Part shown: positions 50,342-64,000 of the stretch, piece after piece | Numbering within the stretch: position 1 is the stretch's first letter | How the letters are laid out: the number at the start of each line of letters is the position of its first letter | Source: Octopus vulgaris | Taxonomy: Eukaryota | Reading direction: 5' to 3' | Length of the DNA stretch: 64,000 nucleotides | NCBI GenBank assembly: GCA_951406725.2 | Contig: OX597816.1 | Location: forward strand, 39,308,001 to 39,372,000 | Program-made: the position numbers and the translations under genes | The notes under the pieces: model-generated | What the model saw: the letters and a program-made list of their open reading frames with translations, nothing else | What the model was told of the DNA's origin: nothing | Database searches by the model: none

Positions 50342-51582
50342 TTGGGTTGGCAACTAAGTTCCCGCCATCTTTTTAAATTTTGGAATCCACTTTTTTTGAG
50401 AATTCTATTTTTCAATCATTTTGGAATCTATTTTGTTTTTTTTATAGTTGATTTTAGTTAATTTTTGTTTGTTTTTAGATCATTAAAATGGAATGTTAAG
50501 TTAAGGAAAATGAGCATTTTCGACAACTTTTTCCTTTTAATCAAGGTTCTAAGGCTGCAAAAGCTGCTTGCGACATTTGTGCTGTGTATGGAGAGGGTGC
50601 CATAGATGAAAGAACTGCTCGTGATTAGTTTGCCAAGTTCAAAAATGGAAATTTTGACCTCAAAGATGCACCTCGTTCTGGCCGTCCAGTTGAGTTCGAT
50701 GAAGAGCGATTAAACCAACTTTTGCACGAAAGTTCTTGTCAAATGACAAGGGAACTGGCAGAGAAAATGGAATGCTCCCACACTGCTATAGAGAAACATC
50801 TTCACTCAATGGGAAAGGTTCAGAAGTATGGAGCTTGGGTTCTGCATACTTTAAGTGACAACAAAAAAAAATCAACGAGCCACAATCTCTGCTGGTTTAC
50901 TTGCTCATCACTGCTCAACTCATGGACACAAGCAATGATTTCTTTACTGGCAACGAAAAATGGTGCCTGTACATCAATATGAAGCAGTGTAAAGAATGGC
51001 TTAGCCCCGGTAAACAAGGGACACTGCACGTGAAAGAAGATCTTCATCCGCGTAAAACGATGTGTGTATGGTGGAACTGAGAAGGGATTATCCATTACGA
51101 ATTGCTTGAACAGAACCAGACGGTCAATGTGGAACTCTATGTTCAACAGATGGAACAGCTCAACACAGCTATTCAAGAGAAATCGACAGCATGGAGTTCT
51201 TCTGCTGCATGACAACGCCCGTCTTCATATAGCCAATATGACCAAGGAAGCCATTCAAACGCATGGCTGGAAAGTACTGCCACACCCCCCGTACTCTCCT
51301 GATTTGGCACCAACGGATTTCCACTTCTTTCGATCTCTTTCAAATGCTATGCGCTGAGTTTCATTCAATGCTGATGCAGAATCGAGAACTTGGATAAATT
51401 TTTCGAATCGTAATTGGGTGATTTCTACCAACGAAATCTTGTTGAAATCTTGTTGAATGTTGGGAAGAAGTTATAAACAACAAGGGTGAATACATTATTG
51501 CTTAATTAGTTGTTATTTTTTATTAAGCCTTTAAGAAAATTAAAATTTCAAAAAAACCGCAGAAACTTGGTTGCCTACCCAA
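50342..51582 (+). mobile_element. Full-length decayed mariner (DD34D-type) transposon
   Basis: TIRs TTGGGTTGGCAACTAAGTT / AACTTGGTTGCCTACCCAA with TA flanks; transposase remnants PRSGRP, WVLHTL (WVPHEL), HDNA, HPPYSPDLAPTDFHFFRSL; stops and frameshifts. Confidence 0.93.
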
Positions 51583-51596
51583 TATATGTATATATA

Positions 51597-51630
<34 letters not shown>

Positions 51631-51976
51631 GGTATGTATATATGTAAATATATTCATATATATATATATATACCCGTATGTATTTGTATATATATATGTG
51701 TGTGTGTGTGTATATATAGGTATATATATCTATAAGTAGAGATATATATGTATATATATGTGTGTATATATATGTATAGGTATGTATATATTTATGTATA
51801 TATATATATATATATATATATGCATGTATTTATGTATATAGGTATTATGTATATATAGATATTTGTATGTACATATAGATATATATCTTTCAATATAGTA
51901 TAAATATATGTATATAAATATATTTATATATGTATGTATATATACATGTGTGTATATGTATATATATGTACGTATA

Positions 51977-52019
<43 letters not shown>

Positions 52020-52106
52020 AAGTGTATATATATGTGTGTATATATACATATATGTATATATGTATATATGTATATATATGTGTGTATATATACATATATG
52101 TATATA

Positions 52107-52160
<54 letters not shown>

Positions 52161-52230
52161 TGTAAATATATGTATATATATATATTTATGTATGTATATA
52201 ATGGTTGTACATGGATCTATATATGTATAT

Positions 52231-52790
52231 ATCATCATCATCATCGTTTAATGTCCGTTTTCCATGCTAGCATGGGTTGGATGGTTCAACCGGAGTCTGG
52301 GAAGCCAGGAGGCTGTACCAGGCTCCACTCTGATCTGGCAGTGTTTTTACAGCTGGATGCCCTTCCTAATGCCAACCACTCCGTGAGTGTAGTGGGTGCT
52401 TTTTACGTGCCACCGGAAGCTGGCAATGGCCACTATCGGTTGGTGCTTTTTACGTGTGTCACCAGTCAAGGTGGCACTGGCATCGGCCACGTTTGGATGG
52501 TGCTTTTTACGTGCCACCAGCATGGGTATCACAACTATAATTTCCATTTGATTTTTATTTTGATGTTGATGTACTTGACTCAGTAGGTCTCCTCAAGCAG
52601 AGCAGGTCACCCTACGATCCAAGGTTAGCACAGCAGGCTGTCCTGTGAGCCATGAATTCACTTCATTTGTCGGGTTTTCACAGTCACAGCATATCTCAGA
52701 GGTCTCAGTCTTTCGTCATTGCCTCTGTGAGACCCAATGTTCAAAGGTCATGCTTGACCACCTCATCCCATCTCTCTTCACACATTTCTC
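52231..52790 (-). mobile_element. RTE-type LINE 3' end
   Basis: (CAT)n tail, ggtgctttttacgtg subrepeats and ORF C-terminus homologous to 2553-2940. Confidence 0.8.
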
Positions 52791-53261
52791 CTCATCCATC
52801 TGTAGTACATGACCATACCAATGCAAACGTCTCTCCTGCACGCCACATCCTTATGTCCAACATTATATATGCTTATATATATATGTGTATATATATATAT
52901 ATAGGTATGTATATATACACATATATAGGTGTATAGGTGTATTGGTATATATATTTGTATATAGGTGTATTGGTATATATATTTTTGTATATAGGTATAT
53001 ACATGTATATATATATATAGGTATAGGTATATACATGTATATATATATATATGTATATGTTTATACATGTATGTATATTTATATGTGTGTGTGTGTCCCT
53101 ATATATATCCCTTTATATATCTATATATATGTATATATATATGTCTATAAATATAGGTGTAATATATATGTATATGTGTATATATATATATCTATGCATA
53201 TATGCATATGGATATATGTATATATATGGTCATGTATATATGTATTCATCATAATAAATTG

Positions 53262-53435
53262 CTAGCCACCTTACCTTTTTCTATTTTCTCTCCCTGTTTA
53301 TTCCTGTGTTCCTTTATGTCAAAGGGCATAGGTTTGAAACGTAAAAGACTTTCTCCACTTCCCGAGCATTAAACTAATACATCTGTTTGTTGTTTACACA
53401 CCCATTGCTGTCTTTTGTTTTTTTGTAAATTCTCT
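53262..53435 (+). mobile_element. Penelope pLTR fragment with degenerate hammerhead-like motif
   Basis: Reverse-complement homolog of 16727-16917; gggcataggtttgaaacgtaaaag at ~53324-53347. Confidence 0.68.
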
Positions 53436-54220
53436 CTATATGCATAGATATATCTATGCATAGATATATCTATGCATAGATATGTGTATATGTATATATA
53501 TAAGTATAGATATATGTATATATGCATATGTACACATGTATATATGTGTATAGGTATATATGTATATATTTACATGTATTTTTACATATGTCTTTATATG
53601 TATACGTATATGTATAGCTGTATGTATGTATGTATATATGTGTATAGGTATATATGTATATATTTACATGTATTTTTACATATGTCTTTATATGTATACA
53701 GCTGTATGTATGTATATATGTGTATAGGTATATATGTATATATTTACATGTATTTTTACATATATGTCTTTATATGTATACGTATATGTATAGCTGTATG
53801 TATATATATATATATATAAACACGCTTATGTATGCTTATATATACGCCTGTGAATGCGTACATATCGATGAATATGTATACGGGCATGTATGTGTATTTG
53901 TGTGTCTATATATATATATAGAGAGAGAGATTTATATATTTATGTGCATATATACACATACATACACATACATATATCGATGGATGAATATATAAATATT
54001 TATATGTATGTGTGTGTATGTTTATGCCTTGTTATATTCACGTGTGTATATGTTTAAATATAGTTATATGTACGTGTGTATATATTCGTGTATGTATATG
54101 TATATATTACGTATATTTTATATATACATGCGTTGGTTCTCGGAAGTCGCGTCTATCTTAACAATTTTGTAAATAATAACTATTTCTTGTAGCCATTGCT
54201 TGTTGATTGCTTATTAGTTC

Positions 54221-54254
<34 letters not shown>

Positions 54255-54650
54255 GAAGGAAATTTTAGCATATTCGGTTATACTTTTAAGACAGCATTTC
54301 CTCTTTAATTGCTTGAGTAACGTTGATGTACTTCGTAATCTTCAACGTTGTATATCTTATGTTTGTATAAAGGTGAACATGCAGTCTTTTAATACATTTT
54401 GTGTAAATATTACTGGCCTCATGTCGGCTGTTTATATCGTCCAAATACGTCACATATTGGTTACGGATACTTTGGTCGCCTTATTTGAAGGAAGGAGCTA
54501 ATGTCTGTTGGGTAGAGGTGTATTTTATTGGAATATAATACACTCACGGAAATTCTTTTGCGTGTCTCTGCCTATATTTGACCCAGGGTCACTCCTAGTC
54601 GACCTGACTTATGATTAAAGGTATTCCAGCCGGGACCATCCCCTCTTTAC

Positions 54651-54802
54651 AATTCCGCCGAGGTCGACTTTGCCTTTCATCTTTTCGGGGTCGATAAATT
54701 AAGTACCAGTTGCGCACTGGGGTCGATGTAATCGACTTAATACCTATGTCTGTCCTTGTTTGTCCCCTCTGTGTCTAGCCCCTTGTGGGTAATAAAGAAA
54801 TA
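54651..54802 (+). mobile_element. 5'-truncated Meta-like SINE with 32-bp target-site duplication
   Basis: aggtattccagccg(g/a)gaccatcccctctttac at 54619-54650 and 54802-54833. Confidence 0.88.
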
Positions 54803-55769
54803 GGTATTCCAGCCGAGACCATCCCCTCTTTACTGGTATTTACTTCTGCTTTACATTATTTTATTGCCCCCTCCTTCTTATTAACGGGTAGGGTGCGATT
54901 TGTGGGGGAAATGTGGTTGTTATTTCTTGCAGATCCAACAATCAGATATACTTTCGTTCGTTTTATGATATGCTCTTATCGTTAGTGGTGGATGGTAGGA
55001 CTTCTCATTTTCGTTTAAATATATTGCTAAATTTTGTTTCCCTTTTACATGTGTATATTTCAGCTGCAAGTGAAACGAACACTCTTTGTGCTCATTCATA
55101 ATTTTCAATCTCTGTAAAATTTAAAATGCAACAAAACAACATAATAATTGCTAACTGTTGCAGTATAGAAAATTCATCCATGAAACTTCTTTAATTAAAC
55201 CCGCTTATTTAGTGTAGCCCACCACCGTAAAGGTTAATTCTCTTTGGATGAGCGAGTTAGCAACCCCGGTTTTCATTTAGAAAGCATTTCCCTGCTTTAG
55301 GTCGCTATTACCACAGGGAAAATATAAACATTATGTTTTCATATTACCCTCCTATAAAAATCACTTTTCGCGCTTCCATACGCAATATGTTATTACCACA
55401 CCCTTTGTAATTTCAGTTACAATTTTAAATCGTAGTACTGTAAAATTGTTATGGTCAAATTTGTGCGACTCATTCCAGAATAAGCTAATTGATATCAAAA
55501 TAATAATAGCGATTAATCCAGAGTTTTCTCTTCTGTGTATTGATAAATAATGTTTATATCAGGCTTTTAAGTATTATTATTAAGATAACAACTTGAGAGT
55601 GGGCACTGCCTGTACCAAATAAGATTCAGGATGGAGTTTTGGCTATAAGTGAAGCATTTGGGATGTTTATTATTTTCATCAAAAAGAAACAAATATGTGT
55701 GTGTGTGTGTATATATATATATATGTGTGTGTGTATATATATATATATAAATACATACACACACACACA

Positions 55770-56974
55770 TTGCGGTGGATGAATTGTCTAACTTACGCGC
55801 AAAAATGAAAATAGCATTACCACATTTTAACAGATATATTTACCGAAATTACATAAAAATATCTTGAAATACTAAAGAGTAAATTTATTCAATAAAATCG
55901 CCATTGGCTTTAACCATGGCCTCCAGACGACTTCATAATCTCCTGCAGCTCTTCTAGATGGTTTCTTTGTTTGAGTTGGTGAATACTGGAATACTGCCAT
56001 AATCCTTGCCTTCGGTTTATCTTTGGTGTTTCAAGGCGTTTTGTTGGTCTCACACTCAAATGTGTCCCACACATAATAATTTGGGGAGTTAGGTGGCCAG
56101 ATGTTAGGTGTGATGTGGTCGCAGAAATTGTCTGACAGCCATGACTGGGTTCTCCTGCTTTTGTGACATGATGCCAAGTCCTGTTGCCAGAGATAGGGTC
56201 TTCCAGTAGCTGCCCTCTCGACCCAGAGCTGCACTACCTCCTCCAGGCACTTGATGTAGGCCTCTGTTGAGTCTGAAGATGAATGGAGGCATAACATCGC
56301 CATCACTAGTGATCACTCCAAACATCATGACGTTGACTGGATGTTTGATTTTCATCACTCTCGGTACATGTTTTGGGGACACGGCAAGCCAATGGTTGTT
56401 TTGTGCGTCGACCATTTGATCCTGGCAGAATTTTTTCTCACCTGAGAAAAACCTGAGCATGTTTTGTTGGAGGGGCTGCTTGAGTTCAAAAGCTTTGTAG
56501 CACGGTAGAGCATCTCTTCATGTACAACTTGCTTGATAAGAAACTCAGACACTCCCATGTACCTGGTGATGAACCTGATTGACTTGGAGGGATTGTCAGT
56601 CATGGCCTGGATCTCACCAACAAATTCAGGAGTTCTTTTCTTATCAGAACAATCAGAGTGAGTTTTCCAAGCTGTTGTATCTTCGTAATCACCATTAGAC
56701 TCATCCAACTCTTTCTGAATCCTCTGCACTGTCCTCAGACTGACACCCAAACACCCTGCAATGTTTGTATTGGAACTTCTGGCGAGAATGCCAAACAGTG
56801 CTGCGTGTTGTTTCCAAATTTCTGGCTGTGTGAATTGCATCAGGGTGCGCTGTTTTTCTCAGATGGTGCCCATCTGACTCTACTATACTGTGTAGTCAAC
56901 AAAATCGAAAACAAACAATGCGCATGCATGAAATTAAAAATATAAAATGACGACAATTTACCCATCACAGCCTG
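55770..56974 (-). mobile_element. Decayed DD37D (maT/mori)-type Tc1/mariner transposon
   Basis: FFSGEKKF, WQQDLASCH, IWPPNSP..YYVW motifs; spacing fits DD37D if the deleted DxNPLD is restored; right TIR CAGGCTGTGATGGGTAAATTGTC with TA, left TIR partly eroded. Confidence 0.85.
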
Positions 56975-57216
56975 TATATATATATATATATGTATGTATG
57001 TATACACACTTAGACACGTTAAGAAAGGGATGTAGGTTTGCATCCCATGCGGATAGGAAAGCCTTTTTTTTTTTGTGCAGGGCTTAGATGCCCCGTTATT
57101 AGACTATTTTCTTTAGTCATTGCATGACTTATATAAAAAATACCATTATTATCATTTACAAGATTGTAAAATACAGCGCCATATAACAAAATCATTTGCA
57201 TCAAAAGCATACACAA

Positions 57217-57256
<40 letters not shown>

Positions 57257-57457
57257 TGTGATAAATGTAAACAAACCAATGTTTGTCTTAGAAGCACTGA
57301 AATGTGTATTGTGAGATACAAATAAGATAATTATTTTTCAAACGTACAAACGCCGATAGACCAGCAGAGACAGGATAAAATATCCATACAAAGCAGAAAA
57401 ATATGTCAGCAACCAGCCATAAGACTCGAACTCACATCCTTTTGGTTATATATCCCT

Positions 57458-57511
<54 letters not shown>

Positions 57512-57649
57512 AGTGATGCAAGCTATATTACTTCCAAATGTTAATCTTTATATCCATCTTAATATGGAGACCTTGTTAGAACATTGAATACTCTGTTATT
57601 ATCTTTAAAGATCCTCTTGTATAGGTGCATAAAAGCATGCACATAGATC

Positions 57650-57930
57650 ATATCATCATTTAGCATCCGCTTTCCATGCTAGCATGGGTTGGACCGTTCA
57701 ACTGGGGTCTGGGAGGCCAGAAGGCTGCACCAGGCCCAGTCTGATCTGGCAATGTTTCTACAGCTGGATGCCCTTCCTAATGCCAACCACTCCGTGAGTG
57801 TAGTGGGTGCTTTTTATGTGCCAGACGGGGCTGGCAAACGGCCACGATCGGATGGTACTTTTTACGTGCCACCGGAACGGGGACCAGGCGAGGCTGGCAA
57901 CGGCTACGATCGGATGGTGCTTTTTACGTA
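57650..57930 (-). mobile_element. RTE-type 3' tail with tandem subrepeats
   Basis: Same family; further copies at 59232-59700(-), 62640-62975(-), 63925-64000(+, partial). Confidence 0.8.
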
Positions 57931-58125
57931 GACTATATATATATATATATATATCATAAAAACTACAGTGATCTCAGAAACAAGCCAGATTTTTTATTAA
58001 TATGCTCAGTTCTTGTTAAAGTTTTCAAATATTAAAACTTTTGCAGAATTAACTTCTTTAAAAATTCTAAATTTTGTTTCAAAGCTGGATTGTAAATTTA
58101 GAGTCAGATGATGTTTCTTAAATCT

Positions 58126-58353
58126 TTAACTATTTAACATGTTAACCAGTCATATCCAGCCCAAATATTCTACCTGTTTTGTGTTGAAATCGGCCAGATT
58201 TAGACTCTCACACCTACTCACAATGTCATTCTATAAACAAGCAATCACATCATCAAAATCTCAACACTATGAGATAATAATGCATGATTAATTCAAAACA
58301 ATGTGCATAAACAAGCATTACATTTGACAGTAATCTGAATGCTAAAAGGTTAA
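58126..58353. mobile_element. piggyBac-like MITE (reverse orientation)
   Basis: Reverse-complement homolog of 4751-4962; ends gctaaaagg|ttaa. Confidence 0.65.
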
Positions 58354-58656
58354 AGCAATCACATTAATAACTAGTTAATCTTCGTCTAGTTATTTGGTAT
58401 CAAACTGTGTATGGTTATTGAAACAAAATTGAGGGCAAGGTTTGATAAAATTCCAAATAGACTGGACAGAATTTATTCCAAAACAACTTGGAATTTATTC
58501 CAAAGTACAGTTCTATGATGAAATATCTGTTAATCTGCCAGATTTGTTTTTGTCTCAAAATCTAAGTTTCTTATCGTTGTTATCAGTATTGTATTACAAG
58601 ACTTGGATCTTGCACATATTCTTCATGACTTCTGTTATGTTTTGTTACCTAAGTAT

Positions 58657-59160
58657 GGGCGCAGGAGTGGCTATGTGGTAAGTAGCTTGCTTACTGACCA
58701 CATGGTTCTGGGTTCAGTCCCACTGAGTGGCACCCTGGGCAAGTGTCTTTTATAACTTTGGGCTGACCAAAGCCTTGTGAGTAGATTTGGTAGATGGAAA
58801 CTGAAAGAAGCCCATTATGTATATATACATATATATATATGTATATGTTTGTGTGTCTGTTTGTCCCCCTACCATCACTTGACAACCAATGTTGATGTGT
58901 TTATGTTTCTGTAACTTAGTGGTTTGGCAAAAGAGACTGATAGAATAAGTACTAGGCTTCCAAAGAATAAGCCCTGGGGTAAATTTCTTTGACTAAAAGC
59001 TGTGCTCCAGTATGGCTGCAATCGAAATGAGTAAAATAATATGGACTTTTGATAAATGGAACTGTTGCAGAAGACACTTACCCAAGGTGCCATGCAGTGT
59101 GACTGAACCCAAAGCAGTGTGGTTGGGGAAGAAAACTTTTTACTACCCAGCCATGTCTGC
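58657..59160 (+). mobile_element. Family A SINE (58657-59035) followed by an inverted head fragment (59070-59160)
   Basis: Match to family A consensus; an older decayed copy lies at 60566-60960. Confidence 0.8.
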
Positions 59161-59231
59161 GCTACATATATCTGTGTTATTTTAAAATTAAGGAATTAAA
59201 GATTAAAAGTATTTAGCTATTCACATATCTA

Positions 59232-59700
59232 ATCATCATCATCATCATCATGTAACGTCTGTTCTCCATGCTAGCATGGGGTGGACAGTTCGACTGGGGA
59301 TCTAGGAAGCCAGAAGGCTGCACCAGGCTCCAGTCTGATCTGGCAATGTTTCTACAGCTGGATGCCCTTCCCGATGCCAACCACTCCGTGAGTGTAGTGG
59401 GTGCTTTTTACATGCCACTGGCACGGGAGCCAGTCAAGGCGGCGCTGGCATCGCCCACGTTTGGATGGTGCTTTTTACGTGCCACTGGCATGGAAGCCAA
59501 TCTAGGCGGCACTGGCATCAGCAACGTTCGGATGGTGCTTTTTACGTGCCACTGGCACAGGGAACACAACTGCAGTTTCCATTGATTTTTTATGTTGGTG
59601 TACTTGACTCAATGGATCTCCTCAAGCACGGTGTTTCTTTACTTGCCACCTGCACAGGAATCGGTCCAGCGGCCCTGGCAACTGCCGGGTGCCAGTCATA
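59232..59700 (-). mobile_element. RTE-type 3' tail with tandem subrepeats
   Basis: (CAT)n, ccatgctagcatggg, three ggtgcttttta(c)(a/g)tgccactggca units. Confidence 0.8.
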
Positions 59701-62639
59701 GAATTGGTTCAATTTCGATTCCGATTTTGAATATCTTTAAATGAGTTATTTAATCATGGCTGAAGAGTTCAGGCTGAATGAAAATAGGCTATTAATTGAT
59801 AATTTTAATCCTCAATTTAATATCTTAGATCCTATTTTTAGTTGGAAAGATATGTCATTATCATCTTCATTCTACACCTGCTTTCTATTGGTTGTCACAA
59901 CGCGAGTCTCTTCTTGGAGTTATTGCACTCCTCGATGGGTTGGAGGAACTTATGTTGCTTTTACATATTATTTTTGACTTGGTTTCTACTTCTCTAGTAT
60001 GTTTGGCATACTGTTAAAAATTTGCTCGACCTTGTATTCTATCTTATTCAACTGACAGCTTTGTCATATTCATTGTTACACCATAAATATAAACAACCAC
60101 TCCATGTCTAGCTGAACTCTTCTGTAATGTCTCTTGGTATACTATAAACATTTAACTAGGTGACCTTGTGGTTATTTATAATCAACTAAATATGAAAAGG
60201 TGCCTTTTCAGTTTACTCCATGACTAGGCTACGAAGGTGTCGTTTCCGAATGGTATGGACCACAATGCTCCTTCAAGGAAGCAAAACACAGTCACAATAA
60301 TATATTTCAGAAGCGATCTTCAATGAATTTGTTAAAGAACTGATAGATTTCTCAAAACATGTATAATATAATTTCAAGTTTTGAAATGCTCTCTTTCTGC
60401 ACAAATCTATAGCTTTTATGAGACTTGTAGAAACAGTATTCTACAACTGGTTACCCTACCTGACTCTGATAATTTTAAGCATTACATTACCACCTCTACA
60501 TGGCACCAATATCTTAGTGGTTAGATCCTATATTTCAGTGGCTATCATGTATATTAACTTTTACAGGCATGGATGGTTGTGTGGTAAAGAAGTTTGCTTC
60601 ACAACTGCATAATTTGAGGTTCAGTCACATTGTCTGCCACCTTTGACAAGTGTCTTCTATAGCCCAGGGATGACTGATGCCTTGCTTGTGGATTTAGTAG
60701 TTTTTATACTGTCTGTCTCTCTCTCTCACACACACACACAATGTGCATATGTATATATCATCATTTAACATGTGTATGCATATCATTGCTTGACAACTTT
60801 GTTTATGTTGCCCTGATTTAGTGGTTTGGATGGGTGAGAGGAGAAGATACTGATAGAATAAGTATCAGACTTGAAATAAGTACTTGGCTTCATTCGATTG
60901 ACCAAGACCTGCAGGGTGGTGCTCCAGTATGGCCACAGCCCAATGACTGAAAAAGAATAAAAAAATTAGATGAAGTCTACATATTTCCACTCATTCATCT
61001 CTTGGATGTTAGCCATAAAAACTTCCAGTGTTAAACTGGAAATTTTGATCTTTTACTACTTTTATTGCTCTCTCAATTCTTTAAATAACAATACTTTGAA
61101 TTTCTTTCACCAACCACACAATTAGTACAGGTTGAACAAAGGTGAGATTTACTAAGAAACAAGATCACTCTTCAACCCTGACCCTTTGCAGACAATACTC
61201 ATTTGAAACCATCATAGGTCTATGGATACTAGGTCTAATAATCTGTATTATGCTCTCTCTCTCTCTCTCTCCCCTCTTTAGTCTTCACAAAGTTGTCTGT
61301 AGCATAAGCATGTAACAATTCCTGTTCTTTGTACAGTATTGATTTATGTTTGTTGATGTATAAGCAGTTCTTGTTAAGACTTTTTTTTACTTTCTGTTCT
61401 GGCTCAAGTTATTCTATACATTAGAGTATCTTTTGTTTTATAACCCTTCCAAAACTAGATTGCTTTTTTTTTTTTTTTTTTTTTTTGAGAACATAAATAA
61501 TGAGTTGGTAGGTGGGGTAGATTTAGGATATTTAGTGAAGTGTGCATGTTGCATAAACCCAGTTTAGCTGAGATTGACAAGCTTTACAAATGATAATGAT
61601 CAAATCAATGACTAGATTAAATCTCAAATCCATTGTCTGGGCAAATGTCCTATACTATAGCCTTGAATAACCAAATGCTTGTCGACGAAATTAGATAAAC
61701 CAGTAGTTCTGAAACTTATAAATACTAAGCTCGGTGGTAAAAATATTTGTGAAATGCTTGCATGCACCACCCTACCGATATTTTTTAATATGAAGACATA
61801 ATAGATTTGCATCTCTACAATTCTTCTTTCTTCACCATGGTATTTGAGCAGTTTAAGACAATCTTTATTTTATTAAATATGGCTATTTCATTTGCCTTCT
61901 TTTCAGATCTCACACCTTTCCCTTATGAGAAACATTGAGATGAACAGTACTGTGCAAGAAGCCTGTTAGGTGAACTCTGTTCTTAGGTAGTGGTCAACTG
62001 AATCCTTTTGTGATCATATTTCTAATGAAACCTGCTACTTAAGTGTTTCATTTCGTATTGGAAATAATTATGAATTAAGGATTGCGTAAAATAGTAACCA
62101 TATCTGTTCTTAGTAAGCTAGTGTTTGGAGCATAATTTAAAAGGTTTTAAAGAAAATTATGATAGAAGGTGGTAATTTAGATACAAACACTTCAAAACCG
62201 ATGGTTTTTGTGTCACAAATCCGGGGTTCTCAAGCAGATTAAACTGTCACTTGGGTCTAATCAAGTTACTGACTCTTGAGTGCCAGAGTCCATTCTGTTG
62301 GTTCATGTCTCTGGTCTTAGGTTAGCTCAATATCTTGATGTGCTTCTTCCTGCTGCATTAACCTATTAGTTGTGTTTTCTTCCTTTTACTGCACTTTTAG
62401 CCTCTAAGATCCTGCAAATAAAGGTTACGGGTTATTTTCTTCCTCTGACTAAGCTTAGATAAAAAAAGTTCTATTTCTAAATGACAAATATAAATCCTTT
62501 ATATGCAATAGAAGCAGTATTAAATTGAAATAACCTACTGTGTATCATACTCAATGAAAATACATCACTGAAAGGCAAATTTACTGTGGTATTTGACTAG
62601 AGATAAAATCTTATAGATGTACTGTATTTAAAAACAATA

Positions 62640-62975
62640 TCATCATCATCGTTTAACATCTGATTTCTATGCTGGCATGGGTTGGATGGTTTGACTGAGG
62701 ACTGGCAAGGTTTCTACAGCTGGATGCCCTTCCTACCACCAACTACTCTGAGACTGTAGTGGGGGGCATTTTACGTGCCACTGTCCATGCTCGAATGGTG
62801 CTTTTTACATGCCACTGGCATGAGTGCCAGTCAGGTGGCACTGGCATCAGCCATGACAATGATTTCACTTGACTCAACAGGTCTTCTTAAGCACAGCATA
62901 TTACCCAACAGTTGAAAGATACTTTTAAATGGGCTGGTTATGTGACACTGGCATTGGCTACGGCTATGATCTCAT
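62640..62975 (-). mobile_element. RTE-type 3' tail
   Basis: catcatcatcgtttaac...ctacagctggatgcccttcc. Confidence 0.78.
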
Positions 62976-64000
62976 TGTTCCAGCAGTAGCTAGCAAGAAT
63001 GCCAGATGCATTTCAGCCACATTGGACCTTGTTAGTGGCATATACATACTAACATCTAGCCACATTCCTAGATGAAATTTGTCACCTCCATAGGAAAAAA
63101 ATGAATTAAATCTAGCCAACATACCTTTAGGATAACCATATTTAACTGAACTCAATCCTATATATTTGGCTTCTTTGATTTTTAGGAGTTTCCCATTCTA
63201 GTTTTTATCCAATTCTGATAACTGGCAAATTTTGTCGGAATTATTATAAATAGGCTGACCACACAAAGGGTGGGGTCAATTACCATAATATAATAAGGTA
63301 TTACAGCAGAAATTTATAAATCAGTCAGTAAATCTAGGCTGTATTTAATTGTGCATGCATTGGTAGCTTAGTAGATAACACAAGCCATTTGGCAGATTTG
63401 TTGGCGTGGTGGATAAAATACTTTATAATAATCAGTCCGGCTGTCTACACATGATGTTCAATTCTCATTGAGGTCAACTTTGCCTTTCATCTTTTTAGAG
63501 TTGATGAATATTCCTTGTTTGTTTCTTTTTCTGGAAAAATTGACTCTGGTTCAGAGCTGGAACTGTATGGGCTCTGTCTAAAAATGTTGCAAGACAGCAG
63601 TGCTCCTTTGGCTCCTTCAAGAAGCTGAAGGCTCAAGCAAGCCTGGTAGATTAAGGTGTTAATAAACTCTATTTAGAAATATAATTAGAGATCAAATCTA
63701 GCTTGGAACAAATAGGACAACTAATAATGCCCAGAAATAAAAATGATGTGTAAAGGGAAACCAAATATGGATTTGATAATGAGGAAAACTTTGTGATAGC
63801 GCTTCTCAATACATATATAATATAATGTGTGTGTGTTTGTGTGTGTGTCACTGTCATGCATGTGGTGCTCTTTGTTTCCAATTTTCTATATAAACATTTC
63901 TGCTTTGGTGAATTACTCATAGAAGCAGGGCTGGCAACAAGAAGGGCATCCAGGCACAGAAAAATTCACCTCAGTAAATTCCATCCGACAAATGTGAGTA

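Noticed and set aside
50488-51500. Active or domesticated mariner transposase
   Set aside because: Multiple in-frame stops and frameshifts starting at codon 4.
42752-54000. Many long ORFs rich in Y/I/M/C/V/H/T (up to 321 aa)
   Set aside because: Translations of TA/TG/CA microsatellites, which lack stop codons; open on both strands and several frames.
61900-63250. Possible exons (acceptor at ~61906 on +, donor at ~63125 on -)
   Set aside because: Stops in candidate frames and no partner exons or homology; unsupported without RNA data.

Overview
This is AT-rich, microsatellite-saturated animal genomic DNA; the repeat landscape most resembles an octopus/coleoid cephalopod (inferred from recall, no database check). 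The only protein-coding gene I can support is the 3' part of SLC12A9 (CCC9/CIP1, cation-chloride cotransporter family) on the + strand. It has five GT-AG exons with mutually consistent reading phase (232-343, 1895-2052, 4325-4407, 5044-5168, 6168-7515 stop). The remaining ~56 kb is intergenic and built from tRNA-derived SINEs (CORE-like, Meta-like and others), RTE, R4/Dong, Tx1 and Penelope-like retroelement fragments, decayed mariner and DD37D transposons, MITEs (pogo-, Tc1-, piggyBac-, Merlin- and hAT-like), non-autonomous Helitrons and very long (TA)/(TG)/(ATT) tracts. Nearly all other ORFs in the track are microsatellite or SINE artefacts. The most notable observations are: a twin-priming-type 5'-inverted RTE insertion with an intact TSD; hammerhead-ribozyme-like motifs with covarying stems tied to Penelope ends, plus a separate type III-like relic; a forward-inverted-forward triplication; apparent GGTATT-directed SINE insertion with a 32-bp TSD; and modular SINEs sharing a tail with a co-resident LINE. 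I see no evidence of a CRISPR array or any prokaryotic system.
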